DNA from: Pirellulales bacterium
GTDB taxonomy: Bacteria > Planctomycetota > Planctomycetia > Pirellulales > PALSA-1355
Reading direction: 5' to 3'
Length of the DNA: 64,000 nucleotides
NCBI GenBank assembly: GCA_963733035.1
Contig: CAVTBU010000009.1
Span: forward strand, 280,022-344,021
This document shows, piece by piece, positions 1 through 10,615 of the stretch (position 1 is its first letter; each line of letters opens with the position of its first letter). Position numbers and translations under genes: made by a program. Under the pieces are notes generated by a model. It was not told the DNA's origin, ran no database searches, and saw nothing but the letters and a program-made list of their open reading frames with translations.

Positions 1-429
1 AGTTCGGCCAATTCGGTGCGCGAAAGGGTTCCCATTAGCTTCTGATGCAGCTCCACAAGCGGTCGGTCGATTTTGGCGAGCGTTTTGACGGCCTTGTCCG
101 TGAGGGCCACGTAGATTACACGGCGATCTTCGGCAGAGCGTCCGCGCAACGAGGCCCGCAGATTCCAAGCGGTCAATGAGTCCAGTGATGCCCGGAACGA
201 CCGTGACCGTGCGTTCAGCAATCTCCAGAATGGGGAGCGGTCCCCCCTCGCCCCGCAGGATTCGCAACACATTGTATTGGGAGGGGGTTAGCCCAAACTT
301 CCGAAAGAGTCGCGTGAACTGGATCTGCAAGCGATCATTCGTGCGCACTAACCCCAAGGCGGCTTCCTGTTCGGGTACGTCGAAGGGCCGCTTCTTCTTC
401 AATTCGCGTTGGAGGCGCGTGCTGGTCAT
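1..429 (-). CDS. MarR-family transcriptional regulator (runs off the window edge; apparent frameshift near 140-147)
   Basis: Not in the ORF track. Manual translation from ATG 429 gives MTSTRLQRELKKKRPFDVPEQEAALGLVRTNDRLQIQFTRLFRKFGLTPSQYNVLRILRG...ITGLIDRLESAGLVAR. After a frame change it continues RSAEDRRVIYVALTDKA, the MarR wing motif. Confidence 0.88.
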   Translation of the reverse strand, partial: MTSTRLQRELKKKRPFDVPEQEAALGLVRTNDRLQIQFTRLFRKFGLTPSQYNVLRILRGEGGPLPILEIAERTVTVVPGITGLIDRLESAGLVARTLCRRSPCNLRGPHGQGRQNARQNRPTACGAASEANGNPFAHRIGRT

Positions 430-468
430 GGAAATTTATTTCGGCATTACAGGGTTCGCGACTCATTT

Positions 469-497
469 AGTTTATATGTAAACCATTGTCCTGTCAA
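469..497 (-). promoter_or_regulatory. sigma70-type promoter of the marR gene with an overlapping palindromic operator
   Basis: On the minus strand: TTGACA (497-492), 17-nt spacer, TAAACT (474-469). The near-palindrome GTTTATATGTAAAC (470-483) overlaps the -10. Confidence 0.7.
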
Positions 498-539
498 GTG
501 CCTACAAAAATGAAACAGCCCCCTGCACAACTGGGCATC

Positions 540-1331
540 CTAGAGGGTGTGGACAAGGGTCCCGGAATAGAACCGCTCAAGGCCCTGGCCAGCCTCCAGC
601 AGCAGGGCGCCGTCCGGCGCGATGCCGGCGCAGCGCCCTGTGGCGCGGCGGCCGGCTGCATCGATTGTCAGATCTTGGCCGACTTGCAGACAAAGCCGTT
701 GAAAACGCTCGCCAAAGCCGGCCGGATCGGCCGCCGAGGCCCGCACCGCGGCTTGCAGTTGTCGCAACAAGTCGATCAGCAGCGCAGTGCGGTCCAGCGT
801 ATGGCCGGCTAGGTCACGGAGGCTCGTTGCCCGGGCAGCGACTTCCGGCGGCGCCCCGGCGAGCGAGTTGTTGACGTTCAGTCCGATGCCAACGACATGC
901 CGTCCGCCGGCGAGCACATCGACCAAGATTCCGGCCAGCTTGCGGCCACCGGCGAACACGTCGTTCGGCCAGTGCAAGCCGACGTCGGCCCGCGGAACAA
1001 GCGGGGCAACCGTGTCGACGATCGAGACGCCGACGGCCAGCGAGCGCTGCGGCTGAAGCGCTGCGCTGAGCGACCAATCGGCCGGGTCGAACACGAGACT
1101 GAAAGCCAGGCTGCCGCCGCCGGTCCACCAGCGATTCTGCCCGCGGCCGCGGCCGGCGGTCTGGGCCTCGGCGATAACCATCAGCGGGAGTCGGGTGTCG
1201 GCGATGCGCGCATGCTGGTGTGCCACGTCGTGCGTCGAGCCAATGGACTCAAAGTACTCCACGCGCGCGACGGGGCTTTCGGCGAGCAGTCTGGGCACAT
1301 CGATGCGTTGGTCGATTGGATCGTTCGACAT
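540..1331 (-). CDS. birA: Biotin--[acetyl-CoA-carboxylase] ligase (no N-terminal HTH)
   Basis: Motifs SIGST, AEAQTAGRGRGQNRWW, HWPNDV, KLAGIL, VGIGLNVN and C-terminal GIAPDGALLL. Start placed at MSNDPI (1331). Confidence 0.93.
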   Translation of the reverse strand: MSNDPIDQRIDVPRLLAESPVARVEYFESIGSTHDVAHQHARIADTRLPLMVIAEAQTAGRGRGQNRWWTGGGSLAFSLVFDPADWSLSAALQPQRSLAVGVSIVDTVAPLVPRADVGLHWPNDVFAGGRKLAGILVDVLAGGRHVVGIGLNVNNSLAGAPPEVAARATSLRDLAGHTLDRTALLIDLLRQLQAAVRASAADPAGFGERFQRLCLQVGQDLTIDAAGRRATGRCAGIAPDGALLLEAGQGLERFYSGTLVHTL

Positions 1332-1499
1332 CGCAAGCCATGCTAGCAAACCCCCGCTGGCTCGACTACATGGAGCGTGTCGGTCGTTGCGGCTCCAGAC
1401 TTGAGCTTGACTGGCCAAGTTGCACTTGGTATTCAAATCCGCCCAATCAAGAACTCCGCCTTCGCCGGCGGACTCCCATCTTCCGCACTCGGTTCCGAG

Positions 1500-2699
1500 T
1501 TGAAAGTAATTTGCCACACCGCCGGGTATTTGATCGCGCTGGCGACGCTGTGCGTCGGTCTAGCGACGCCTGCGCAAGCGCAGCGCGTGGAATTTCCCAC
1601 GATGGTCGAACAGCCAAGCGTGCTGGCACCCAGCACGCCGTCGACTCAATGGACGGCCGCTCAGGGCACATTTGCTGCACCGTCCAACTCGCCGCTGTCG
1701 TCCGTGCCGTACGACCCCTACACGCCGTCGCTGTCTCAAACGCCGTCGGCCGTGCCGCAAGCAACGTTTCCGCCCCCGCCCGCGTACTCGCCATACTCGC
1801 CGTCGCCATATGCGGCGCCGACCGCTTCGCCGACGCCGTACTCATCCTCGCCTTCGGCGCTATACCCCGAGGGCATCCAGTTTCCACAGCAACCGACCAC
1901 GAACTGGAACCAGGCCCTGCGGCTGATGCAGGACGTGCGCGCGCGGTGGACGTGGCTGTCGCCCATGGGATCCAACTCGCTGGGCGTGAACGACGTGGAA
2001 ACGAATGCCACATTCGCCGTACCGTTCTTCAAGACGACGTCTCCGTTAATGTTCACGCCGGGCTTTGGGATCCACTTTTGGCAGGGGCCGGTCACCCAAC
2101 CACCGTATATGGCCCAGCTGCCTCCCAATACCTACGATGCGTACCTCGACACCGCCTGGTATCCGCAGGTCAACAATTGGCTCAGCGCACAGGTTGGCGT
2201 GCGGGTGGGTGCCTATACCGACTTCAACACGTTTACCACCCATAGCATTCGTATTATGGGCCGGGGTCTAGGCGTTGTCGCCATTACACCCACGTTGAAA
2301 TTCGCGTTAGGCGTCGTGTACATCGATCGTGTGAAAATCAAGCTGCTGCCGGCTGGCGGCATTATTTGGGTTCCCAACACCGACTCGCGATACGAAATTT
2401 TGTTTCCCAATCCGAGGCTGTCGCATCGCTGGACCACGCTCGGCAACACCGATCTCTGGTTCTACGGCACCGGCGAATATGGCGGCGGATCATGGACCGC
2501 CGACATCGGCGGCGGCAGCAACCAGTTTGATTACAACGACATTCGCGTCGCCGGCGGCATTGAGTCGTTTGGGCTGCGTGGCCTGCACGCATACTTCGAA
2601 GTCGGCTACGTGTGGGACCGGCAACTCGTCTATCGCTACACTCTGCCACAATTCCCCGCGTCAGACACCATCATGTTGCGGGCGGGAATCGACTACTAA
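1500..2699 (+). CDS. Putative outer-membrane beta-barrel protein with a Pro/Ser-rich N-terminal linker
   Basis: Signal peptide (YLIALATLCVGLATPAQA-Q), Pro/Ser/Tyr low-complexity linker, amphipathic aromatic-rich strands and a C-terminal MLRAGIDY beta-signal. The TTG start at 1500 is inferred. Confidence 0.65.
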   Translation: MKVICHTAGYLIALATLCVGLATPAQAQRVEFPTMVEQPSVLAPSTPSTQWTAAQGTFAAPSNSPLSSVPYDPYTPSLSQTPSAVPQATFPPPPAYSPYSPSPYAAPTASPTPYSSSPSALYPEGIQFPQQPTTNWNQALRLMQDVRARWTWLSPMGSNSLGVNDVETNATFAVPFFKTTSPLMFTPGFGIHFWQGPVTQPPYMAQLPPNTYDAYLDTAWYPQVNNWLSAQVGVRVGAYTDFNTFTTHSIRIMGRGLGVVAITPTLKFALGVVYIDRVKIKLLPAGGIIWVPNTDSRYEILFPNPRLSHRWTTLGNTDLWFYGTGEYGGGSWTADIGGGSNQFDYNDIRVAGGIESFGLRGLHAYFEVGYVWDRQLVYRYTLPQFPASDTIMLRAGIDY

Positions 2700-2883
2700 G
2701 TGCCGATGGCGCCGCCGTTCGATCAACGTGGTCGTTGCCGTAACGCCGGTGCAACACTGCGGTGGAAGCAGCGGTTGAAATCGGGTCGGCCCGCAATTTA
2801 TCATTAGAGGAGCACTAGCACAGCTCCTTCGTCCAGCGCGCCGGTGTGCGTCCCGCCTTGTATCTTCCCCGCTGAGGAACCTC

Positions 2884-5800
2884 ATGTCCCGTCCGATTGC
2901 CTTGCGCTCGTCGTGCTTTATCTATATCGCCGCGATTCTCCTCGCTGGATTTCATACTGCGAACGCCCAACCGCTCGTGGCACCGACCGAAGCCCTTACG
3001 CCGGCCGAACAGCAAACGAAATTCCATTTGCCGCCCGGCTTCGAGATTCAGCTGGTGGCCGCTGAGCCTGCCATCCACAAGCCAATGAACATCTCGTTCG
3101 ACAGCCAGGGCCGGCTGTGGGTGACCGATACAGTCGAGTATCCGTACCCGGTCGCCGAAGGCGTCACGCCACGTGACACGGTGAAGATCCTCACCGATAC
3201 CGATGGCGACGGATCGGCCGACGAAGTGACGACGTTTGCCGACGGCTTGAACATACCGTTGGGAGTGATGCCGGTTGTAGACGGCGTTGTCGTGTACGGC
3301 ATTCCGGCCATTCTGAAGTGCCGCGATACCGACGGCGATGGTCAGGCGGACTCCCGTGAAACGCTCTATGGCAACTTCGGCAATCGAGACACGCACGGCA
3401 TGGTCAACTCGTTCACGCGCGGCCTGGATGGTTGGCTCTACGCCTGCCATGGATTCGCCAACGATTCGGCGCCGGTCGGAACTGACGGTCATCAGATCAA
3501 GATGAACTCCGGCAACACGTTTCGCATGCGGCTCGACGGTTCGCGGGTCGAATACAACACGCACGGGCAGGTGAATCCGTTCGGCCTGTCGTTCGATCCG
3601 CTCGGCAATTTGTACTCGGCCGACTGCCACACGATGCCGGTATACATGTTGCTCCGCGGGGCCTACTACCCCAGCTTTGGCAAGCCGCACGACGGGCTTG
3701 GTTTCGGACCTACGATGATCAAGCACAACCACAAGTCCACTGGGATCGGAGGTATCGCATACTATGCCGCCGAGCACTTTCCGCCGGAGTATCGAGATAC
3801 GCTCTTCATCGGCAATCCCGTAACTGGTTGCGTGAATCACGACCAGCTGGCCAAACATGGCTCAACGTACGATTGCATCGAAATGCCAGACTTCATCACC
3901 TGCGACGATCCCTGGTTCCGTCCGGTGAACATCAAGGTCGGTCCCGACGGTGCGCTGTACGTGGCCGACTTCTATAATTGCATCATCGGACACTACGAGG
4001 TTCCGCTGACGCATCCCCGCCGCGACCGCGAGCGTGGGCGAATCTGGCGCGTGGTGTACACCGGCGAGGGCGTAGAGAATGCTCCGCCAACGTCCGCTGC
4101 CGAAACTCCGCACATCCGCGCGGCTTCGCTCGACCAATTGCTGACGATGCTGGGGCACGGCAACTTAACCGTGCGGACCCTGGCGACGCACGAGATCGTC
4201 GATCGGGTTGGCGCGCCGGCCGCCGATCCGCTAGGGGATATCCTGGCCTCGGTTGATTCGAACGCGTTTCAGCGGATCCATGCGATGTGGGCGTTGGAAC
4301 GAATCTCGGAATTGGATGCGGATCAGATCAAAAGACTCACCGGCGATGCCGATCGAGGCGTGCGGACGCATGTCATGAAACTGCTCGCCGAACGAGTGGC
4401 GGTCGACACGGCGACGTTTCGCGCTGGATTGCACGACCCAGACCCGTTTGTCCGACGGGCGGCGGCCGAGGGACTGGCGCGACACCCGAATGTGGCAAAT
4501 GTGCAGCCGCTGGCGGCGTTGTGGTCTTCGACGGCACCGGAGGACACGCATTTGATTCACGTGGCGCGGATGGCCCTGCGCGATCAGTTGGTGCCGCCCG
4601 GTGCGTATGCGGAGTTAGAAAGCCTCGCGGCAGTCGATCGGAGCTTGCGCGAACAGTTGGCCAACGTGAGTCTGGGCGTGCCAAGCGAGGCATCGGCCGC
4701 ATTTGTGCTGGCGCATTTGCAGGCAGATCCGACGAATCCCGCGCGGGACACGTACCTGCATCATGCCGCCCGATACCTGCCGGAAGCCGAACTCGGCAAA
4801 GTGTATGAGCTAGCCACAAGTTGCCGAGAGTTGCCGCCTCTGGAGCAAGTCGGCGTGGTTCGCGCGCTGGGCCGAGCTCTGCAAGAGCGGCGCACGGAGC
4901 AACCCGAGCAGGTCACGCAGTGGATCGAACAACTCACCGCTGAATTGCTCACCGCCGAGGACGAAAGTCAAGTTCGGGCAGGAATCGACATGGCCCGGGA
5001 TTTTCGCCCTCAAGTGCTCGAAGTGCTTTCCAAGGCAACCCGCCCCGAGGCCCGCTTCGCTGGATTGCGGCCGGCCGCGCTCGACGCGTGTGGCGGCTAT
5101 GATCCGGCCGAAGCTGTTCCACTGTTGGCGGCTGTGATGAATCGCGCGTCCGAAGCCGTGAACCTGCGGCAGCACGCGGCCGCGGCGCTCGGACGCATCA
5201 ACAACGAATTCTCACGCGAGCAGTTGGTCGCCTGCCTGCAAACCGCGCCCGAGAGTCTGGCTTTGGCGATCGCCGCGGGACTGGCCGATACGCCGCCGGG
5301 TGCCGAGGCCTTGCTGGCCACCATCGAGAGCGGCAAAGCAACGCCCGCTTGCTACAAGAGAAGAATGTCCTCAACCGTCTGCGTTCGCGCAATATCGAAA
5401 GGTTCGATCAGCGGCTCCCGAAGTTGACGGCCAACTTACCGCCCGCCGACCAGAGGATCAATGAGTTGATCGCCAAACGGCGCGAACTGATCGCTGGCGG
5501 CAAGCCGGACGCTTCGGTCGGGGCAGCGGTTTTCGAAAAGAACTGTGCGCTCTGCCACCGCATCGGCGACAAGGGCGCTAAGATCGGCCCGAACCTCGAC
5601 GGCGTCGGCATACGCGGCGTCGAGCGGTTGCTGGAGGACATTCTCGATCCCAGCCGCAACGTCGACCAGGCGTTTCGCACCACGCAAGTGGTCACCGCCG
5701 ATGGCCGCAACCTGATCGGACTGGCGCTCCGCGAAGAGGGAAACATCCTGGTGCTGGCCGACGCCCAAGGCAAGGAAGTCCGCGTGCCGATCGACGAGAT

Positions 5801-5927
5801 CGAGCAGCGCGTCGTCAGTCCGCTGTCGGTCATGCCCTCGAACGTGCCTGACATCGTAAACGAAACCGACTTCGTGCACCTGATTGGTTATTTACTTTCA
5901 CAACGAGCCGAGCAAGCGGCAAAGTAA
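2884..5927 (+). CDS. PVC-type heme-binding CxxCH membrane-bound dehydrogenase-like protein (beta-propeller, HEAT repeats, cytochrome c); frameshift at about 5344-5347
   Basis: Signal peptide, [37 protein letters not shown] repeats, [22 protein letters not shown] and HEAT-like repeats. The second frame carries CALCH, IGPNLDG and SVMP. One extra C in ACG CCC GCTTG restores TPRLLQEK. Confidence 0.9.
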
Positions 5928-5938
5928 CGCGAGGAGCG

Positions 5939-6822
<884 letters not shown>

Positions 6823-6838
6823 TGCGTGTGTCTTTCCG

Positions 6839-8026
6839 TCAGGCCCCAATCGAGGCCACAACCTTTTTCGCCGCGTCGGTCAGTCCGGTCGCGCTGATGA
6901 TGTCCAGTTTGCTTTCCGCCAGCATCTTGCGGGCCTGTTCCACTTCAGTTCCTTCAAGACGCACGACCAGCGGCACGTTGAAGCCTACGAGCTCGTAGGC
7001 TTCGAGCACGGCCGAGGCGATCGTTGTGCATCGCATGATGCCGCCGAAAATGTTGACGAGTACGGCCTTGGTGTTTTTGTCGTCGAGCAGGATCCGGAAG
7101 GCCTCGGTAACTTGCTCAACGTTTGCACCACCGCCGACGTCGAGGAAATTCGCCGGCTCGCCGCCATGCAACTTGATAAGGTCCATCGTGCTCATGGCCA
7201 GTCCGGCACCGTTAACCAGGCAACCGATGTTGCCGTCGAGCTTCACGTAACTGAGCCCCGCTTTGCCGGCCCGCACTTCGGCCGGCTCCTCCTCGGAGAG
7301 ATCGCGCAGTTCGGCAAGATCCTTGTGACGAAACATCGCGTTGTCGTCAAATGTCATCTTGGCATCGAGGGCCAATAGCTCGCCACCCTTGGTGACGACC
7401 AACGGATTGATTTCGGCCAGGCTGCAATCGCTCTTGACGAACACACGGCACAAGGCCTGCATGAACTTTTCGGCCGAGCGGATACTGGTGCCCTTGAGGC
7501 CCAACTTGGCCGCCAGTTTACGGGCCTGATACGGAAACAGGCCTGTGTCGGGATGGAACCGCTCGCGGTAGATCAACTCGGGCGTCTTCTCCGCGACTTC
7601 CTCGATGTTCATGCCGCCTTCGCTCGAAACCATCAGCACCGGACCGGCCGACGCCCGATCGACGACGATACCGAGGTATAACTCTCGCGCGATCTCGCAA
7701 CCTTCTTCAACGAGCACCTGTCGGACGACCTGACCGCCTGGACCAGTTTGAATCGTAACCAGGTGATTGCCAAGCAAGTTGGCAGCGACTTGACGAGCTT
7801 CGTCAGCGCTTTTGACGAGTTGCACGCCGTGTTGTTGGGGCTTCTCCTGGATGGTCCCCTTGCCGCGGCCGCCGGCGTGGATCTGGGCCTTGACGACGGC
7901 GATTTTGCCGCCGAGTTCTTGGTACGCGGCGGCGGCTTCCTCGGCCGACCGCGCCACAATGCCCCTGGGCACGGCGACGCCCGCCTGGCGAAGGATTTCC
8001 TTGGCTTGGAATTCGTGAATTTTCAT
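6839..8026 (-). CDS. sucC: Succinate--CoA ligase (ADP-forming) beta subunit
   Basis: [60 protein letters not shown]. Confidence 0.97.
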   Translation of the reverse strand: MKIHEFQAKEILRQAGVAVPRGIVARSAEEAAAAYQELGGKIAVVKAQIHAGGRGKGTIQEKPQQHGVQLVKSADEARQVAANLLGNHLVTIQTGPGGQVVRQVLVEEGCEIARELYLGIVVDRASAGPVLMVSSEGGMNIEEVAEKTPELIYRERFHPDTGLFPYQARKLAAKLGLKGTSIRSAEKFMQALCRVFVKSDCSLAEINPLVVTKGGELLALDAKMTFDDNAMFRHKDLAELRDLSEEEPAEVRAGKAGLSYVKLDGNIGCLVNGAGLAMSTMDLIKLHGGEPANFLDVGGGANVEQVTEAFRILLDDKNTKAVLVNIFGGIMRCTTIASAVLEAYELVGFNVPLVVRLEGTEVEQARKMLAESKLDIISATGLTDAAKKVVASIGA

Positions 8027-8095
8027 GCGACCGGCTTTGCTGTGGTGGGCGGCGGCGATCAAGTCCAGCGCCGTTGGCTCAAGTGCAAGCGGGCG

Positions 8096-8187
8096 ATTAT
8101 AGAAGTTGCCGAACTCGGGGGTCAAGCGACGGACCATTACGCTCCCGTTACGCTTTGCTTGACCATGCAAGTTGGGGGTTCTATAGT
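8096..8187. promoter_or_regulatory. Back-to-back sigma70-type promoters for sucCD (minus) and the fur-family gene (plus)
   Basis: Minus strand: TTGACC (8125-8120), N18, TATAAT (8101-8096). Plus strand: TTGACC (8159-8164), N17, TATAGT (8182-8187), 8 nt before ATG 8196. Confidence 0.65.
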
Positions 8188-8195
8188 TGGGTTTG

Positions 8196-8681
8196 ATGGG
8201 CACCGTAAACTCTGACAATACGCGAACCGTCGCCGAGCCATTGGCAGTCGAGGCAATGGTTCGGCAGGCGCTCGAAGAAGCCGGCTGTCGGTACACGGCA
8301 CAACGCGCCGCGGTGTTCGACTACCTGGCAAGCGTCAAGAGTCATCCGAGGGCCGAGGACGTTTACCAGGCGGTGCGCCAACGGCTGCCGAAAATCAGTC
8401 TGGCGACGGTCTACAAGGCGCTCGAGACGCTGGTCGAAGCCCGCCTGGCCACCAAGCTCACTAACGGTGACGACTCGGCACGCTATGACTCTCGCGGCGA
8501 AGACCATTATCATTTGCGGGATGTGGCGACCGGCGAAATTCGCGACCTGCCGGTGGCATACGATCGTGAGTTGCTCGAAAAGATCGACCCCCAGTTGGTC
8601 GAAAACCTGTCGACCGCCGGTTTCCAGGTGACTGGCTACCGGCTGGAGGTTCTGGGTCGGTTTTCGCAAATTCACAAATGA
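8196..8681 (+). CDS. Fur-family transcriptional regulator (PerR/Irr-like, no CxxC motifs)
   Basis: [50 protein letters not shown]. Confidence 0.9.
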   Translation: MGTVNSDNTRTVAEPLAVEAMVRQALEEAGCRYTAQRAAVFDYLASVKSHPRAEDVYQAVRQRLPKISLATVYKALETLVEARLATKLTNGDDSARYDSRGEDHYHLRDVATGEIRDLPVAYDRELLEKIDPQLVENLSTAGFQVTGYRLEVLGRFSQIHK

Positions 8682-8772
8682 TTGTTGGTCCGGCTTCGCT
8701 CCCAAACTGTATTTCCCCATTCTTTTGGCGTAAGCTGCCGGGATTGTGCCTATCAAACCGACAACCGAAAAT

Positions 8773-9735
8773 ATGGAATCCGTGAACTCGCCTGATTCGG
8801 CCGGGCTCGAGAGCGCTGTTGAGGCGCCGTCGCCGGAGTGCCCCCCAGGAGCTCGCCGCAAATCGTGGCCGCTCGTGCGGGCCATGCGTCCTCACCAATG
8901 GGTGAAGAACCTGCTGGTCTTCGCACCCGCTGTCTTTCACCACGCGGTATTCGATGTTCGCCTAGTGGGACTCAGTACGTTGGCGTTTGTGCTGTTTTGC
9001 ACCACGACGTCGGCGATTTACATTCTCAACGACGTTCTCGACTTGGAGTCCGACCGCCGACACCCCGTCAAGCGTTTTCGGCCGTTCGCGGCTGGTGAAA
9101 TTCGCGTTCAAACTGGCTATACCGCGGCCGCGCTTTTCTTGGTAGGAGCGGGCCTCTCCGCATTGGTTTTTCTGAACTGGGAGTTTTTTGCCGTACTATT
9201 GACCTATGTCGTCGTGAACTTTGCCTACTCGCTTCGTTTGAAGCAGAAAGTCATGATCGACGTGATCATCCTGGCTGGCTTCTACACGCTAAGAATCATC
9301 GCCGGTGGAGCAGCGACTCAATTGGTACCATCGGAATGGCTGCTGGCACTTGCGATGTTCCTATTTCTGTCACTAGCGTTTGTCAAACGCTTTGACGAAC
9401 TGGCAAGGCTTCGCGACGAGGGTAGGTTGCAAACCGACCGACGGGGTTACCAGGTCGTCGATCTCGAGCTACTACAGACAATGGGTTTGTCCTGCGGCAT
9501 GATGGCCGTGTTAGTTCTGGCGCTATACATCAACAGCGATCAGGTGTTGACAATCTACACGCATCCCCGCGTCCTGTGGCTCGCTTGCCCGCTCTTACTG
9601 TTCTGGATTGGCCGCATTTGGATATGGGCGCGCCGTGGTGCAATCCAAGAGGATCCTTTGCTTTTTGCAATAAAGGACCGAGCAAGCTGGGCGGTGCTGG
9701 TTCTCATGGCGATCGTTGGTATGGTGTCCATATAG
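8773..9735 (+). CDS. UbiA-family prenyltransferase (decaprenyl-phosphate phosphoribosyltransferase-like)
   Basis: RAMRPHQWVKNLLVF, YILNDVLDLESDRRHPVKRFRPFAAG, LAFVKRFDEL, RRGY, EDPLLFAIKD; multiple TM helices. Confidence 0.9.
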   Translation: MESVNSPDSAGLESAVEAPSPECPPGARRKSWPLVRAMRPHQWVKNLLVFAPAVFHHAVFDVRLVGLSTLAFVLFCTTTSAIYILNDVLDLESDRRHPVKRFRPFAAGEIRVQTGYTAAALFLVGAGLSALVFLNWEFFAVLLTYVVVNFAYSLRLKQKVMIDVIILAGFYTLRIIAGGAATQLVPSEWLLALAMFLFLSLAFVKRFDELARLRDEGRLQTDRRGYQVVDLELLQTMGLSCGMMAVLVLALYINSDQVLTIYTHPRVLWLACPLLLFWIGRIWIWARRGAIQEDPLLFAIKDRASWAVLVLMAIVGMVSI

Positions 9736-9912
9736 AGTGGCACGGACTCATCCACTTTGACACGGATCGCGATCCGCTGGTCAGGCAGCAATTTCGGTTG
9801 AGAACTCTCAATAGAATTCAAGTGCTTGCGTCCCGCCCCTGGCCTTCGATCGCAAACCGCGATTTCACGATTTCCAACCCGCCCCGACCCTACGGCTCGC
9901 CGAGAACGCAAC

Positions 9913-10578
9913 ATGAATGACGCAGCAATAGACAGGTCAACGATTCGGCGAATCATTAAGTCTTACGACAGCCGATTGGTGCAAGCGTACTGTACGATTC
10001 GATTTCAAATTCTGCGTCGCTCCCACCTCGAGGAAATCGGTCAGTATCTTCCCAAACAAGGAAGTGTTCTGGACGTCGGGTGCGGCTTTGGGCTGTTTGC
10101 CTTGTATTTCGCAATCACGCGCCCGGACATCGAAGTTCAAGGGTTCGACCTCAATGAACGACGAATCGCAAGTGCGCGAAGAGCCGCAGCCAAGCTGGGA
10201 GTCTTAAACGTCCATTTTCAGGTTGCCGATGCCTCAACGTTCACTTGGCGCGAGCCGCTTCAGGGCGCGTACTTGCTTGACTTGATTCACCATATCCCGG
10301 TTGACGCCGTGCGCCCCTTGCTCAACCAGATCATTTCGAACCTCGCACAACAGCGGTATTTAATCGTCAAGGACATCGCCCGCAAGCCGTTCTACAAAGT
10401 TGCGTTCACCTGGCTGCTTGATAAAGCCATGGACTTTCGAGCACCCGTCCACTACTGGCGGACCGCCGACCTGACAACGCTTCTGAAATCGTTGGGCGTG
10501 GACGTATTCCACCATCGAATGGCGGACTATTTGCCCTACCCGCACGCGCTATACGTTTGCCACAAAGAGTGTTCCTGA
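9913..10578 (+). CDS. Class I SAM-dependent methyltransferase
   Basis: Motif I VLDVGCGFG, GFDLNERRI, FQVADA, DLIHHI. Confidence 0.85.
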   Translation: MNDAAIDRSTIRRIIKSYDSRLVQAYCTIRFQILRRSHLEEIGQYLPKQGSVLDVGCGFGLFALYFAITRPDIEVQGFDLNERRIASARRAAAKLGVLNVHFQVADASTFTWREPLQGAYLLDLIHHIPVDAVRPLLNQIISNLAQQRYLIVKDIARKPFYKVAFTWLLDKAMDFRAPVHYWRTADLTTLLKSLGVDVFHHRMADYLPYPHALYVCHKECS

Positions 10579-10615
10579 AATCTTCAACTAGTCGTAGTTT
10601 GCAGGACAAACCATC

